NCBI GenBank assembly: GCA_947498455.1
Contig: CANMKK010000033.1
Location: forward strand, 2-64,001
DNA from: an uncultured Aquimarina sp.
GTDB taxonomy: Bacteria; Bacteroidota; Bacteroidia; Flavobacteriales; Flavobacteriaceae
DNA length: 64,000 nucleotides
Direction of reading: 5' to 3'
This document shows, piece by piece, positions 40,611 through 52,144 of this stretch. The notes beneath the pieces are model-generated. The model was not told the origin of the DNA. It saw nothing but the letters and a program-made list of their open reading frames with translations, and searched no databases. A program made the translations under genes and the position numbers. Each line of letters opens with the position of its first letter. The stretch's first letter is position 1.

Positions 40611-42494
40611 TTATTTTTTTGTTTTCTGCTGTTGTTCTGCCTGCTCCATTAATTCTTTCATTTTCTTCTGAAACTTACCTTGTTTTTTAGGTTTCTTTTT
40701 ATTCTCCTGAATCTTAGCATGAATTTTATCTTCGTCAATTATCACATTTTTTATTACTAACATTATTCCAATGGTAATTAGGTTAGAAATAAAATAGTAT
40801 AATGACAATCCACTTGCATAGTTATTGAAGAACACCAACATCATCAATGGAGATAGATACATAATAAACTTCATATTAGGCATCCCCGGCTGTTGTGTTT
40901 GCATGGTTTGTCCCGTAGTCATCATCATATATATAAATATGGCAATCGATGCTAAAATCGGAAATAAACTAATATGATCTCCATAAAACGGCACTTCAAA
41001 TGGTAATTGTGCTATGGTATCATAACTTGATAAGTCATCCGCCCATAAAAAGCTTTTTTGCCTTAGATCAAACGCACTCGGAAAGAAGTTGAACAATGCA
41101 TAAAACACCGGTATCTGCATCAATGCTGGCAAACAACCACTCATAGGGCTCGCTCCTGCTTTGCTATACAATGCCATTGTCTCTTGCTGCTTTTTCATGG
41201 CATTATCTTTATACTTCTCATTAATTTCGGTAATCTCAGGGCGTAAAATTTTCATTTTAGCCTGAGAAACATAAGACTTATAAGTTACCGGAGATAGCAC
41301 AATTCTAACAATAATTGTCATCACAATAATTGCAATTCCAGGAGCTAAAAATGCACTTAACATTCCGAAGAAAGGAATAAATATATATCTGTTTATAATT
41401 CCAAATATCCCCCACCCTAATGGTACAATCTCATCAAGGTTACGGTCATAGCTACTTAGTGTTTCATAATCTGTTGGTCCATAGTACCAATCCATATTAT
41501 AATTTAACTCTCCCCCCTGAAGCTCTAGGGGTATTGATGCTGAAAATTCTTTGGTAACTTTGATGTCTTTATCATCTAAATCACTAGTACTGGCTACATT
41601 TTTAGAAGCAAAAGTAGCTGTTTTAAAAGGTGTATCAGTAAGCAATATAGAAGTAAAGAAATGTTGCTTAAATCCAATCCAACTTACCTCATTTTCTTGA
41701 TCTTCATCAAATTCTCCCTGACCAGTATAACCATCTCTATCTCCTTCATACTCATAATGTATATCTGTATATCTATTTTCGTAAGAAGCACTCTTTGCTT
41801 GTCTTATGGCTTGTAACTTCCAATCCAAATTTATTACTTGTCCACTATTAAATACTTGTTGTAAACCTTGAGAACGAACTGTAAAGTCAAGCATATACTC
41901 ATTCGGTTTCAACTCATATCGATATTCTAAAAACTTAGATTCAGAGACTTTCAGTTTCATAGACAAAACTGTATTATCTCCATTTTTAGTTACAGTAGGT
42001 TCAAAAAATAAATCTTTTGTATTTAAAATTCTGTTATCTGTAGTTCCAAAATTAATATTAAAAGATGCATTTTTACCATCCTTAATCAAATATAAAGGTA
42101 CAGAATCGTATGTCTTAAACTTCTTTAACAAAGCTTCCTCAATATATCCTCCTCTATTATTAACCTTCAGGCTTAAAACCTCATTCTCTATTTTAGTAAA
42201 ACTATCTTTAGCAGAAGGTAAGCTTGCAGAATATGAAAACGCCCCTAATTGAGTTTTTGCAGCAATCATCGCTAATGAATCTTGTGGATTCACGGTAATT
42301 GCCTTACTTTCTGCTACAAAATCAGTAGTTTTACTTTCATCGACTTTTTCTTCTGTAGTCGCTGCTGCTTGTTTCGCTTTTTCTGCTTCAATTTCTTCTG
42401 GAGTAGGCTGATTGGTATAAAGCATCCATCCAAAAATTCCAAATATCAGTATAAATCCAATTACTGTATTAAGATCAAATTTCTTTTCTTCCAT
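40611..42494 (-). CDS. yidC: membrane protein insertase YidC
   Basis: Large periplasmic domain followed by the conserved core GWGIFGIINRYIFIPFF and SGCLPALMQIPVFYALF, with a basic C-terminal tail. Confidence 0.93.
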   Translation of the reverse strand: MEEKKFDLNTVIGFILIFGIFGWMLYTNQPTPEEIEAEKAKQAAATTEEKVDESKTTDFVAESKAITVNPQDSLAMIAAKTQLGAFSYSASLPSAKDSFTKIENEVLSLKVNNRGGYIEEALLKKFKTYDSVPLYLIKDGKNASFNINFGTTDNRILNTKDLFFEPTVTKNGDNTVLSMKLKVSESKFLEYRYELKPNEYMLDFTVRSQGLQQVFNSGQVINLDWKLQAIRQAKSASYENRYTDIHYEYEGDRDGYTGQGEFDEDQENEVSWIGFKQHFFTSILLTDTPFKTATFASKNVASTSDLDDKDIKVTKEFSASIPLELQGGELNYNMDWYYGPTDYETLSSYDRNLDEIVPLGWGIFGIINRYIFIPFFGMLSAFLAPGIAIIVMTIIVRIVLSPVTYKSYVSQAKMKILRPEITEINEKYKDNAMKKQQETMALYSKAGASPMSGCLPALMQIPVFYALFNFFPSAFDLRQKSFLWADDLSSYDTIAQLPFEVPFYGDHISLFPILASIAIFIYMMMTTGQTMQTQQPGMPNMKFIMYLSPLMMLVFFNNYASGLSLYYFISNLITIGIMLVIKNVIIDEDKIHAKIQENKKKPKKQGKFQKKMKELMEQAEQQQKTKK

Positions 42495-42506
42495 TGATAC
42501 GTGTGT

Positions 42507-42538
42507 AAAAAAACCTTACCTAATTACATAGGAAGGTT
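42507..42538 (-). terminator. Intrinsic-terminator-like hairpin after pyrG, 12 nt before the yidC ATG
   Basis: Minus strand reads AACCTTCCTA, loop tgtaat, TAGGTAAGGTT (one bulge), followed by TTTTTTT. Confidence 0.65.
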
Positions 42539-42590
42539 TTCTATAATTATATATAATATTGTAATGTCAATTATCTAGCCAGTTACATCG

Positions 42591-44231
<1,641 letters not shown>

Positions 44232-44380
44232 TTAACTATTTTATAAATTGTGTATAAATTTTGCGCAAAAATACAAAGAACTACTAAACAGTACACTGAA
44301 AATAAGGCAATATTTACAGAACTTATTCATAATCGTTTAACAACTTAAAAACCTGAAAATGAGATATCAAAAATTACAAT

Positions 44381-44416
44381 AAAAAAATCCTATCTAAGAC
44401 AGACAGGATTTTTTTA
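44381..44416 (-). terminator. Terminator hairpin downstream of the 44445..44864 gene
   Basis: AAAAAA, ATCCTATCT, 5-nt loop, AGACAGGAT, TTTTTTT. Symmetric A and T runs. Confidence 0.7.
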
Positions 44417-44444
44417 TTATAATTATGTGTTTTTTATTCTGTTT

Positions 44445-44864
44445 TTATTCTTCTTCGCTTGAAATTTCTTTTTCAGGTTCTGCAAAATCAGTAATTCCTT
44501 TGGATTGTAAAATATTGTACCATTGAATTACTTTTTTAATGTCGCTGGTATATACTCTATCCTCATCATAATCTGGTAATATTTCACTAAAATATTTTTC
44601 TAAAGCCCCTTTTGATTCCTTATGACTAATAGATTGTCCTCCATTTTCTTTATCCTGTATTTTTTTAAAAATATCTCTTAAAGGAACTTCTTCAGAAAAA
44701 GTATAAATAGCAATCTCACTTAGTATACTTACATTATGTCTTATCCCAACAGATAATTTTTTTCCATCTGTTAGTGCTTCTGCCACAAACCCACTTCGTG
44801 TTTGCGTCTTTAATTCATACAAACCTGGTTTCCCAGAAATTGATAATATTTTATCTAATCCCAT
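44445..44864 (-). CDS. conserved hypothetical protein (DUF5606-like)
   Basis: 139 aa from ATG 44864 (MGLDKILSISGKPGLYEL...), preferred over the upstream TTG at 44888. The family assignment is from memory of def-adjacent flavobacterial genes. Confidence 0.5.
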   Translation of the reverse strand: MGLDKILSISGKPGLYELKTQTRSGFVAEALTDGKKLSVGIRHNVSILSEIAIYTFSEEVPLRDIFKKIQDKENGGQSISHKESKGALEKYFSEILPDYDEDRVYTSDIKKVIQWYNILQSKGITDFAEPEKEISSEEE

Positions 44865-44959
44865 AATTTTCTTTTTCGAAGTTGGCAAATATCATCAGTT
44901 CTATTTTAAAAATCAAACAATGACTAATAATAATTAAACACAACTATATTAAAATATTC

Positions 44960-45550
44960 TTATCTCCCTTTTTTCGCAAGAGGAAATCTCATTCTATATT
45001 CTTGACTAATTTTTCCTTTTGAGATATTGGTCAATTTTCCTTTTATCAAACGCTTTTTTAAGCTAGATAGTTTATCTGTGAATAAAATTCCTTCTATATG
45101 ATCATACTCATGTTGTATTACTCTGGCTGCCAAACCGCTATAAACATCAGTATACTCCTTAAAATTTTCATCAAAATAATTAATCTTAACCCTCTCCTTT
45201 CTAAACACATCTTCCCTAACCTCTGGAATACTTAAACATCCTTCACAAAAAGCCCATTCTTCTCCTGTCTCTTCAATGATTTTTGGATTGATAAATACTT
45301 TTTTTAATCCTTTTAAAACTTGTTTTTCTTCTTCTGATAATTCGTCATCATCAGAAAATGGCTCTGCATCTATAATAAACAAACGAATTGGCAACCCAAT
45401 TTGTGGAGCAGCCAATCCCACTCCGTGCGCATTATACATAGTTTCGAACATGTTATCCAATAACTCTGATAATTTAGGGTATGTCTTATCAATCTTCTTT
45501 CCCTTTTTCTTTAAAACCGGATCACCGTATGCTACAATTGGTAAAATCAT
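44960..45550 (-). CDS. def: peptide deformylase
   Basis: The three PDF motifs HGVGLAAPQIG, EGCLSIPEV and QHEYDHIEGILF. Confidence 0.95.
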   Translation of the reverse strand: MILPIVAYGDPVLKKKGKKIDKTYPKLSELLDNMFETMYNAHGVGLAAPQIGLPIRLFIIDAEPFSDDDELSEEEKQVLKGLKKVFINPKIIEETGEEWAFCEGCLSIPEVREDVFRKERVKINYFDENFKEYTDVYSGLAARVIQHEYDHIEGILFTDKLSSLKKRLIKGKLTNISKGKISQEYRMRFPLAKKGR

Positions 45551-45598
45551 TTATATTCTATATTGTTTAATGGACATTAAAGATCCAACGTTATTAAT

Positions 45599-46009
45599 CT
45601 ATAAGTTATAGAGATAATCTTGGAGTATAATGGTAGCACTAATTTGATCGACTAATGCTTTATCTTTCCTTTTCTTTTTAGAGATTCCACTAGCTATCAT
45701 GGTATCAAAAGCTATTTTAGAGGTAAACCGCTCGTCTATCCTTTTTACAGGAATATCTGGTAATATTTTCCCTAATTTCTCCAAAAATGGCTGAATTAGT
45801 TTCTCACTTTCCGAAGCCTCCCCATGCAACCGTTTTGGTTCTCCTACTATGAACAACTCCACTTCTTCTTTAGCAACATAATCTTGCAACCATTTTAATA
45901 ATTCTTTAGTATCAATAGTTGTTAACCCTGAAGCAATAATCTTAGATTCGTCAGTAACAGCAATCCCACAACGCTTTCCTCCATAATCTATTGCTAAAAT
46001 CCTCGCCAT
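45599..46009 (-). CDS. ruvX: Holliday-junction-resolvase-like nuclease RuvX (YqgF)
   Basis: N-terminal ILAIDYGGKRCGIAV and typical length of 136 aa. Confidence 0.92.
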   Translation of the reverse strand: MARILAIDYGGKRCGIAVTDESKIIASGLTTIDTKELLKWLQDYVAKEEVELFIVGEPKRLHGEASESEKLIQPFLEKLGKILPDIPVKRIDERFTSKIAFDTMIASGISKKKRKDKALVDQISATIILQDYLYNL

Positions 46010-46075
46010 AATTTATTTTGTGGCAAAAATACTAAAAAACACTTTTGACTATTTTTTTTTCTGATAAAAAAAATA

Positions 46076-46474
46076 TTAAACAGCATTCACTCCTGCTAAA
46101 GCCACTTCATGGTCATTTTCTACTGTACTCCCACTAACTCCAATTGCACCTATTATATTTCCATCATTATTCTTAATAGGAATCCCTCCAGGAAATGTTA
46201 TTAATCCTCCATTAGAATGCTCTATATTATACAAAGGCCCTCCTGGTTGCGAAAGCGCCCCTAATTGTCCCGTATTCTTATCAAAAAGCTTTGATGTCTT
46301 AGCTTTTTTTATGGCTATATCTGCCGCTCCTAAAAATGCTTCATCCATTCGCACAAATGCTACAAGGTTTGTTCCGGTATCTACCACCGCTATATTCAAA
46401 TTAATATTTAATTCTTCTGCTTTTTCTTTTGCTCCAGCAATTACTTTTTCAGCTTGATCTAAACTAATATTCAT
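46076..46474 (-). CDS. GlcG/HbpS-like heme-binding (DUF336) protein
   Basis: Motifs [30 protein letters not shown] and [19 protein letters not shown] prefer ATG 46474 ([11 protein letters not shown]...). Confidence 0.8.
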   Translation of the reverse strand: MNISLDQAEKVIAGAKEKAEELNINLNIAVVDTGTNLVAFVRMDEAFLGAADIAIKKAKTSKLFDKNTGQLGALSQPGGPLYNIEHSNGGLITFPGGIPIKNNDGNIIGAIGVSGSTVENDHEVALAGVNAV

Positions 46475-46733
46475 ATTTTCTATTTTTACGAGGTTCAAAT
46501 TAAAGAAATTCATCACAATTTTAATTCCTAATAAAGGAAATATATTACCTAAATCGTAATTACACCTACCTATTGTATACTAAGTTTAAAACTTAAATCT
46601 TTACGCATAAATCTAAAGAATTTAAGCGGACAAGAGTATATCAATCAAATCCATTTAATACCTAATAAAAAAGTAAGGACGACTTGATTCTTCTTATTGG
46701 ATGAATTTCTATATTTACCGAAAATTTTATTCG

Positions 46734-47549
46734 ATGAATGAACTAAAAGAAGTCATAGAAAAAGCTTGGGATAATAGAGAGCTTTTAAAAGAATCAAGCA
46801 CTCAGGATGCTATAAGAAAAGTTATAGATTTATTAGATGCAGGTGAATTACGTGTTGCAGAGCCTATCGAAGGTGGATGGCAAGTAAATGAATGGGTAAA
46901 AAAAGGAGTTGTATTATACTTCCCTATCCAGAAAATGGAAACACTTGAGGCTGGGATTTTTGAATATCACGACAAAATTCCTCTAAAAAGAGGCTATAAA
47001 GCTAAAGGAATCCGTGTAGTACCTAATGCTGTGGCACGTCACGGAGCTTATATTTCTCCGGGAACTATCTTAATGCCCAGTTATGTTAATATCGGCGCAT
47101 ACGTTAGTGAAGGAACTATGGTAGACACTTGGGCTACAGTAGGTAGCTGTGCGCAAATAGGAAAAAATGTTCATCTAAGTGGTGGTGTTGGAATTGGTGG
47201 TGTATTAGAACCATTACAAGCTGCTCCTGTTATTATTGAAGATAATGCATTTATTGGCTCTAGATGTATTGTAGTCGAAGGTGTCCGAGTAGAAAAAGAA
47301 GCTGTACTTGGTGCTAATGTAGTATTGACAGCATCTACAAAAATTATTGATGTAACTGGTGACACTCCTGTAGAGCGAAAAGGAGTTGTTCCTGCCGGTT
47401 CTGTAGTAATACCGGGAAGTTATACAAAAAAGTTCAAAGCTGGAGAATTTAATGTACCTTGTGCATTAATTATTGGAAAAAGAAAAGAAAGTACAGATAA
47501 AAAAACATCTCTTAATGACGCTTTAAGAGAATATGATGTAGCTGTTTAA
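46734..47549 (+). CDS. dapD: 2,3,4,5-tetrahydropyridine-2,6-dicarboxylate N-succinyltransferase
   Basis: Left-handed beta-helix hexapeptide repeats (IEDNAFIGSRCIVVEGV) and VPNAVARHGAYI. I prefer ATG 46734 (MNELKEVIEKAW...). Confidence 0.92.
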   Translation: MNELKEVIEKAWDNRELLKESSTQDAIRKVIDLLDAGELRVAEPIEGGWQVNEWVKKGVVLYFPIQKMETLEAGIFEYHDKIPLKRGYKAKGIRVVPNAVARHGAYISPGTILMPSYVNIGAYVSEGTMVDTWATVGSCAQIGKNVHLSGGVGIGGVLEPLQAAPVIIEDNAFIGSRCIVVEGVRVEKEAVLGANVVLTASTKIIDVTGDTPVERKGVVPAGSVVIPGSYTKKFKAGEFNVPCALIIGKRKESTDKKTSLNDALREYDVAV

Positions 47550-47555
47550 TATATC

Positions 47556-48719
47556 ATGGCTTTACCAAAAAAACATATCAATTTAACAGAAAAAGGCGAG
47601 GAAAACACCTCGCCACTTTCTGTTATCAGCAGTAACAAACAACCTGCTAAGAAGATGAAAATTTTGGTTATTCAACAAAAAATGATCGGGGATGTTTTAA
47701 CTAGTTCGATCATTTGTGAAGCCCTTAGAAAAGAATACCCCAGTTCAACCATCCATTATATTGTAAACTCTAATACTAAACCAGTAATTCTGGAAAATCC
47801 TGCTTTTGATCAAATTATAGAATTCAAAAACGAGTATAGAGAAAGTAAACTAGCTTTTTTTAAATTTTTACACCAAATCAGAAAATCCAAATACAATTTG
47901 GTTATAGATGCCTTTGGAAAATTAGAAAGCAACTTGATTTCGTTATTTTCTGGAGCACCTAAAAGAATATCATATTATAAATGGTATACTCAGTCGGTAT
48001 ACACTAAAGTCATCAAAAGAGCTTCCAAACCTGTCACTAATGCAAGTACAGCTATAGAGAATCGATTACGACTAGTACTACCAGAAAATCGATTAGCTAC
48101 AGATATTATAAAACCTAAAATATTTCTTTCGGAAAAAGAAAAAGAAAAAGCCAAAGAGTTTTTAGTAACCAGTAATATTGACTTACAAAAACCACTTATC
48201 ATGATTAGTGTGGTTGGTAGTGAATCTATAAAAACCTTGCCTTTTGAGTATATGGCTAAGGCAATAGATGAGATTGTAACAATTACCGATGCGGATATTT
48301 TATTTAATTATATCCCTAACCAAGAAAAGGACGCAAGAGCGGTATATAACCTTACTTCATCTAAAACCCAAAAAAATATACATTTTGATGTATTTGGAAA
48401 AAGTTTAAGAGAATTCATAGCCATTCTTTATCATTGTGATGCATTGATTGGCAATGAAGGTGGGGCTGTAAATATGGCTAAAGCACTAAACAAGCCTACA
48501 TTTACAATTTTTTCTCCCTGGATCATAAAAAAAGATTGGAATATGTTTGAAGATGGTATAAATCATGATTCTATACATCTCATTGACGTAAGGCCAGAAC
48601 TGTATGGCGACACCTCTCCTAAAAAAATGAAAGACGAGTCTTTAAAGCTGTACAAGGAGTTTACTCCAGAATACATTCTTCCTAAGCTAAACAACTATAT
48701 TAAGAACCTGAAATTATAA
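47556..48719 (+). CDS. glycosyltransferase family 9 (heptosyltransferase-like)
   Basis: MKILVIQQKMIGDVLTSS and NEGGAVNMAKAL. The conserved domain begins at the internal ATG 47655, which may be the true start. Confidence 0.8.
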   Translation: MALPKKHINLTEKGEENTSPLSVISSNKQPAKKMKILVIQQKMIGDVLTSSIICEALRKEYPSSTIHYIVNSNTKPVILENPAFDQIIEFKNEYRESKLAFFKFLHQIRKSKYNLVIDAFGKLESNLISLFSGAPKRISYYKWYTQSVYTKVIKRASKPVTNASTAIENRLRLVLPENRLATDIIKPKIFLSEKEKEKAKEFLVTSNIDLQKPLIMISVVGSESIKTLPFEYMAKAIDEIVTITDADILFNYIPNQEKDARAVYNLTSSKTQKNIHFDVFGKSLREFIAILYHCDALIGNEGGAVNMAKALNKPTFTIFSPWIIKKDWNMFEDGINHDSIHLIDVRPELYGDTSPKKMKDESLKLYKEFTPEYILPKLNNYIKNLKL

Positions 48720-48808
48720 AACAATTATCTGAATCACTTCTGATAAAATTTTCCTTGCGTTAAAAAATAATTACTTTTGCAAACTTCCACCCTTAATCGT
48801 CAACAAAT

Positions 48809-49570
48809 ATGATCAAACTTTCTGGAGTTATTATCACCTTTAATGAAGAGCGTAAAATTGAAAAATGCCTCGCTTCTCTTCAAAATGTTGTTGATGAAAT
48901 AGTAGTAGTAGATTCGTTTTCTGTTGACAAAACAAAGGAAATATGCAGAAAATATAATGTAAAGTTTGTAGAACAAAAATTTCTTGGTTACAAAGAGCAA
49001 AAAAACTTTGCCATTACTCAGGCTACTTATGACCACATCATATCCCTTGACGGAGACGAAGCTCTTTCTTTAGAGCTTCAAAAATCCATACTACAACTAA
49101 AGTCTACTTGGACACATGACGGGTACTACATGAATCGTTTTAACAATTACTGCGGCCAATGGATCAAGTACTCTGATTGGTATCCCGATAAAAAATTAAG
49201 AGCATTTATAAGAAATAAAGGAGAATGGAAAGGTATTAACCCCCATGACTCTTATAAACTATATAACCCTAAGAATTCCGGGAAACTAAAGGGGGATATT
49301 CTACACTGGAACTATCCGACTTACAGCGCACATAATCAACAAATTGAAAAATTCTCTTCTATTTCTGCCGACTCTTATTACAAACTAGGTAAAAAAGCAC
49401 CTATTTGGAAAATTATCATAAACCCTACATGGGCATTCTTTAAAGCATATATATTGCGTTTGGGATTTCTGGACGGATTTAACGGCTTTATGATTTGTGT
49501 ACAAACTGCTAATATCACGTTTTTAAAATACAGTAAACTAAGAGAATTAATTAACAAAAATAAAACATAA
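48809..49570 (+). CDS. glycosyltransferase family 2
   Basis: LSGVIITFNEE and the DxD-type ISLDGDE. A TACTTTTG box lies at 48772..48779. Confidence 0.85.
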   Translation: MIKLSGVIITFNEERKIEKCLASLQNVVDEIVVVDSFSVDKTKEICRKYNVKFVEQKFLGYKEQKNFAITQATYDHIISLDGDEALSLELQKSILQLKSTWTHDGYYMNRFNNYCGQWIKYSDWYPDKKLRAFIRNKGEWKGINPHDSYKLYNPKNSGKLKGDILHWNYPTYSAHNQQIEKFSSISADSYYKLGKKAPIWKIIINPTWAFFKAYILRLGFLDGFNGFMICVQTANITFLKYSKLRELINKNKT

Positions 49571-49587
49571 ATATATTTGCTAAAAAA

Positions 49588-50385
49588 CTAAATCGGACTT
49601 TCAGAGACTCTGTCTTTATATTTCTTCTTCCAAAAAAACACGCGTTTTTTAATACGGATTTTTCTATAAAATCGATACTGAAACTCTTTGGTGTATTGCC
49701 ACATCAGGTTAAACACCTCTTCTTCATTTTCGCCAGAACATTTTGCATACTCATTACTCATTATCTCGATCATTGATTTATGAATGGTCAATCTTGCAAA
49801 GTTCTTAATTCGAGTTTCAAAATCCATACTACCAAACTCCATTCGATTAAGATCCACCAAATAAAACTCATAATCATCTCCTATTCGTTTTATTAATGTA
49901 TTTCCTGGAGAGTGATCCAAAAAATTAATGCCATTATCATGAAGTTTATAAGTAAACCTCGTAAAAGCTCTGAGAATTTTCTCGTGGTCAGGAATACTAA
50001 AATCTGTTGTTAATTCTCTATACGTCAGATCGCAGTCTATTAATTCACTGACATAATAACTTTTCTTAAAAAGAAATGTATTTGATTCTATTTTATAAGC
50101 TACAGGATACGGTGTTCCTATTTGAAATTCTAATAATTTATTAGCGTATATGTATGAACGTTCTGCTTTAGATTTTCTAAAAAAACGATATACTACCTGA
50201 TTAATGATATTAGGAACCTTAAAAGACTTTATCGTATTCTTTTCTCCTTCTATGCTTACAATTTTAATAACATTACGTTCAGCGTCCCCAAGTATTTCTG
50301 TATAGCCTTCAAAATTCTTGATTACACTTCCTATTTCGGATTCCCAATTTTTCTTGGATTCATTAACAACAAGTCGATTTGCCAT
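49588..50385 (-). CDS. lipopolysaccharide (Kdo/InaA-type) kinase family protein
   Basis: Kinase-like catalytic loop FLDHSPGNTLI and metal-binding FYLVDLNRM, in an LPS-core gene context. Confidence 0.7.
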   Translation of the reverse strand: MANRLVVNESKKNWESEIGSVIKNFEGYTEILGDAERNVIKIVSIEGEKNTIKSFKVPNIINQVVYRFFRKSKAERSYIYANKLLEFQIGTPYPVAYKIESNTFLFKKSYYVSELIDCDLTYRELTTDFSIPDHEKILRAFTRFTYKLHDNGINFLDHSPGNTLIKRIGDDYEFYLVDLNRMEFGSMDFETRIKNFARLTIHKSMIEIMSNEYAKCSGENEEEVFNLMWQYTKEFQYRFYRKIRIKKRVFFWKKKYKDRVSESPI

Positions 50386-50387
50386 AA

Positions 50388-51038
50388 TTAGCTCTTCTTA
50401 TATTTAGCCACAGTTGCATATTGTGGATATCGAATATCTAATTGAGTAAACAACATAGGAATATTATACAAATATGGCTTAATAGACCTACTTCTGTTAA
50501 TCCCTTCGTGGGTTACAATAGAATACCCTAATTCTTCGTACGCTCTTTTAATACTTTTTTTAGTAAAAAACCGAAGATGTGTCCTATCCATCACTCCAAA
50601 ATCTTCATATTTCCAATCTTTCTGAACTAAAACACGCATAAAAGTATTATGATATCGTACGTTAGGAATAGAACTTATTACAACACCATCTTTGGTAAGT
50701 TTATGTTTTATCTTATCCAAAACCATGTATGGATCTACTAAATGTTCTAAAACATCATTAAAATAAATTGCATCAAAATAATTATCCGGCAGTTCCTCAA
50801 TATAATCTTCACACTTACCAGAATATACTTTAAATAATTTATCTTTTGCGACCTGAGCTTCTTTATCCATATATTCAATACCCCATACTTCTGCTTTAGT
50901 TTGTTCTTTTAATACTTCAGCAAAAGCTCCATTACCACAACCTATATCAATAATTGTTTTTGGATTGTCTGGTAGGTATTTAATCATTTCATCCCTAATA
51001 TTGTCATAATACCCGTCAGGTTTAGTTTCGTAATCCAT
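50388..51038 (-). CDS. class-I SAM-dependent methyltransferase
   Basis: SAM motif IIDIGCGNGAF. Its stop lies 2 nt before the kinase gene's start codon. Confidence 0.85.
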   Translation of the reverse strand: MDYETKPDGYYDNIRDEMIKYLPDNPKTIIDIGCGNGAFAEVLKEQTKAEVWGIEYMDKEAQVAKDKLFKVYSGKCEDYIEELPDNYFDAIYFNDVLEHLVDPYMVLDKIKHKLTKDGVVISSIPNVRYHNTFMRVLVQKDWKYEDFGVMDRTHLRFFTKKSIKRAYEELGYSIVTHEGINRSRSIKPYLYNIPMLFTQLDIRYPQYATVAKYKKS

Positions 51039-51158
51039 TAATGATTTGTTTTTACGGACAAATATATCAAATTATGGCTATTCCTTTTTGTTCTTTCAGT
51101 ATTATAAAACCCATATTTAATCATTGCATCATATCATATACAGAAAAAGTCTCATTGA

Positions 51159-51190
51159 TTTGTTCAATACTCCTATAAGGTGTAATTTTG
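51159..51190 (+). promoter_or_regulatory. Candidate promoter (-33 TTTG, -7 TAATTTTG) for the 51214 glycosyltransferase operon
   Basis: TTTG at 51159..51162, a 20-nt spacer, and TAATTTTG at 51183..51190, 23 nt before the ATG. Confidence 0.5.
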
Positions 51191-51213
51191 ATTCATAAGT
51201 TCAAACACTTGTA

Positions 51214-52143
51214 ATGAAAGAAATATCTGCTATACTCATCAATTTTAATTCTTCTCAATTTACTATTAACTGCATACATTCTATCATTAAAGAGACTTCT
51301 GATGCCATTGATTATGAAATTATTATTGTAGATAATGCTTCAGATACAGATGATTTTATTTTTTTAAAAGAAGAGGTTTCAAAAATTGATTCTAGCAAAA
51401 TTAAACTAGTCCGAAGTAAAATCAATACTGGTTTTGGAGGAGGAAATATGTATGGAGTTCAGTATGCTAATGGCAAATACTATGCATTTATAAATAATGA
51501 TACTATTTTACAAAATGACTGCCTAAGTATTGTATATGAATTCTTAGAAAAAACAGAAGAAGCGGCAATATGTTGTCCTCAACAATATAATGAACATGGT
51601 GAAGTACAAAAATCTTTTGACCATTTTCTTAGCCTTCGAAAAGAATTGTTTGGTAGAAAGGTCTTAGAAAAAATGGATTCTTCTAAGTTTCCTAAACGGC
51701 AAAAAGTGTACACGAATCCATTAAAAGTACAAAGTATTCCTGGATCTTTTCTTGTAGCAAATGCAGAAGCCTTTGATACGGTTGGTGGATTTGACACTAA
51801 CATTTTTCTGTATTACGAAGAAACAGATTTATGCTATAGAATAGCTAAAGACACTAAAAACGGAGGTTGTTTTCTTGTCCCTGAAGGTAAATACACCCAT
51901 TATAAAGGACAGAGCACAGGAAAAAGCATGGCAATAAAAAAAGAACTTAAAATATCTTTATTATATGTTTTGAAAAAAAATTCTGGCTTTATCCAATATC
52001 AAATTCTAAGATGGTGGCTTACTATAAAATTTTTATTTAAGGGTATTATAAAACCTAAAAACTTTACATTATTTGTTCTATTTCTAAAGGGAGCACCTTT
52101 AACAGAATCCTTAAAACACAAACAATCCATTGCAAAACAATAA
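51214..52143 (+). CDS. glycosyltransferase family 2
   Basis: Motifs SAILINFNS, IIVDNASDT and FINNDT. Confidence 0.85.
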   Translation: MKEISAILINFNSSQFTINCIHSIIKETSDAIDYEIIIVDNASDTDDFIFLKEEVSKIDSSKIKLVRSKINTGFGGGNMYGVQYANGKYYAFINNDTILQNDCLSIVYEFLEKTEEAAICCPQQYNEHGEVQKSFDHFLSLRKELFGRKVLEKMDSSKFPKRQKVYTNPLKVQSIPGSFLVANAEAFDTVGGFDTNIFLYYEETDLCYRIAKDTKNGGCFLVPEGKYTHYKGQSTGKSMAIKKELKISLLYVLKKNSGFIQYQILRWWLTIKFLFKGIIKPKNFTLFVLFLKGAPLTESLKHKQSIAKQ

Positions 52144-52144
52144 T

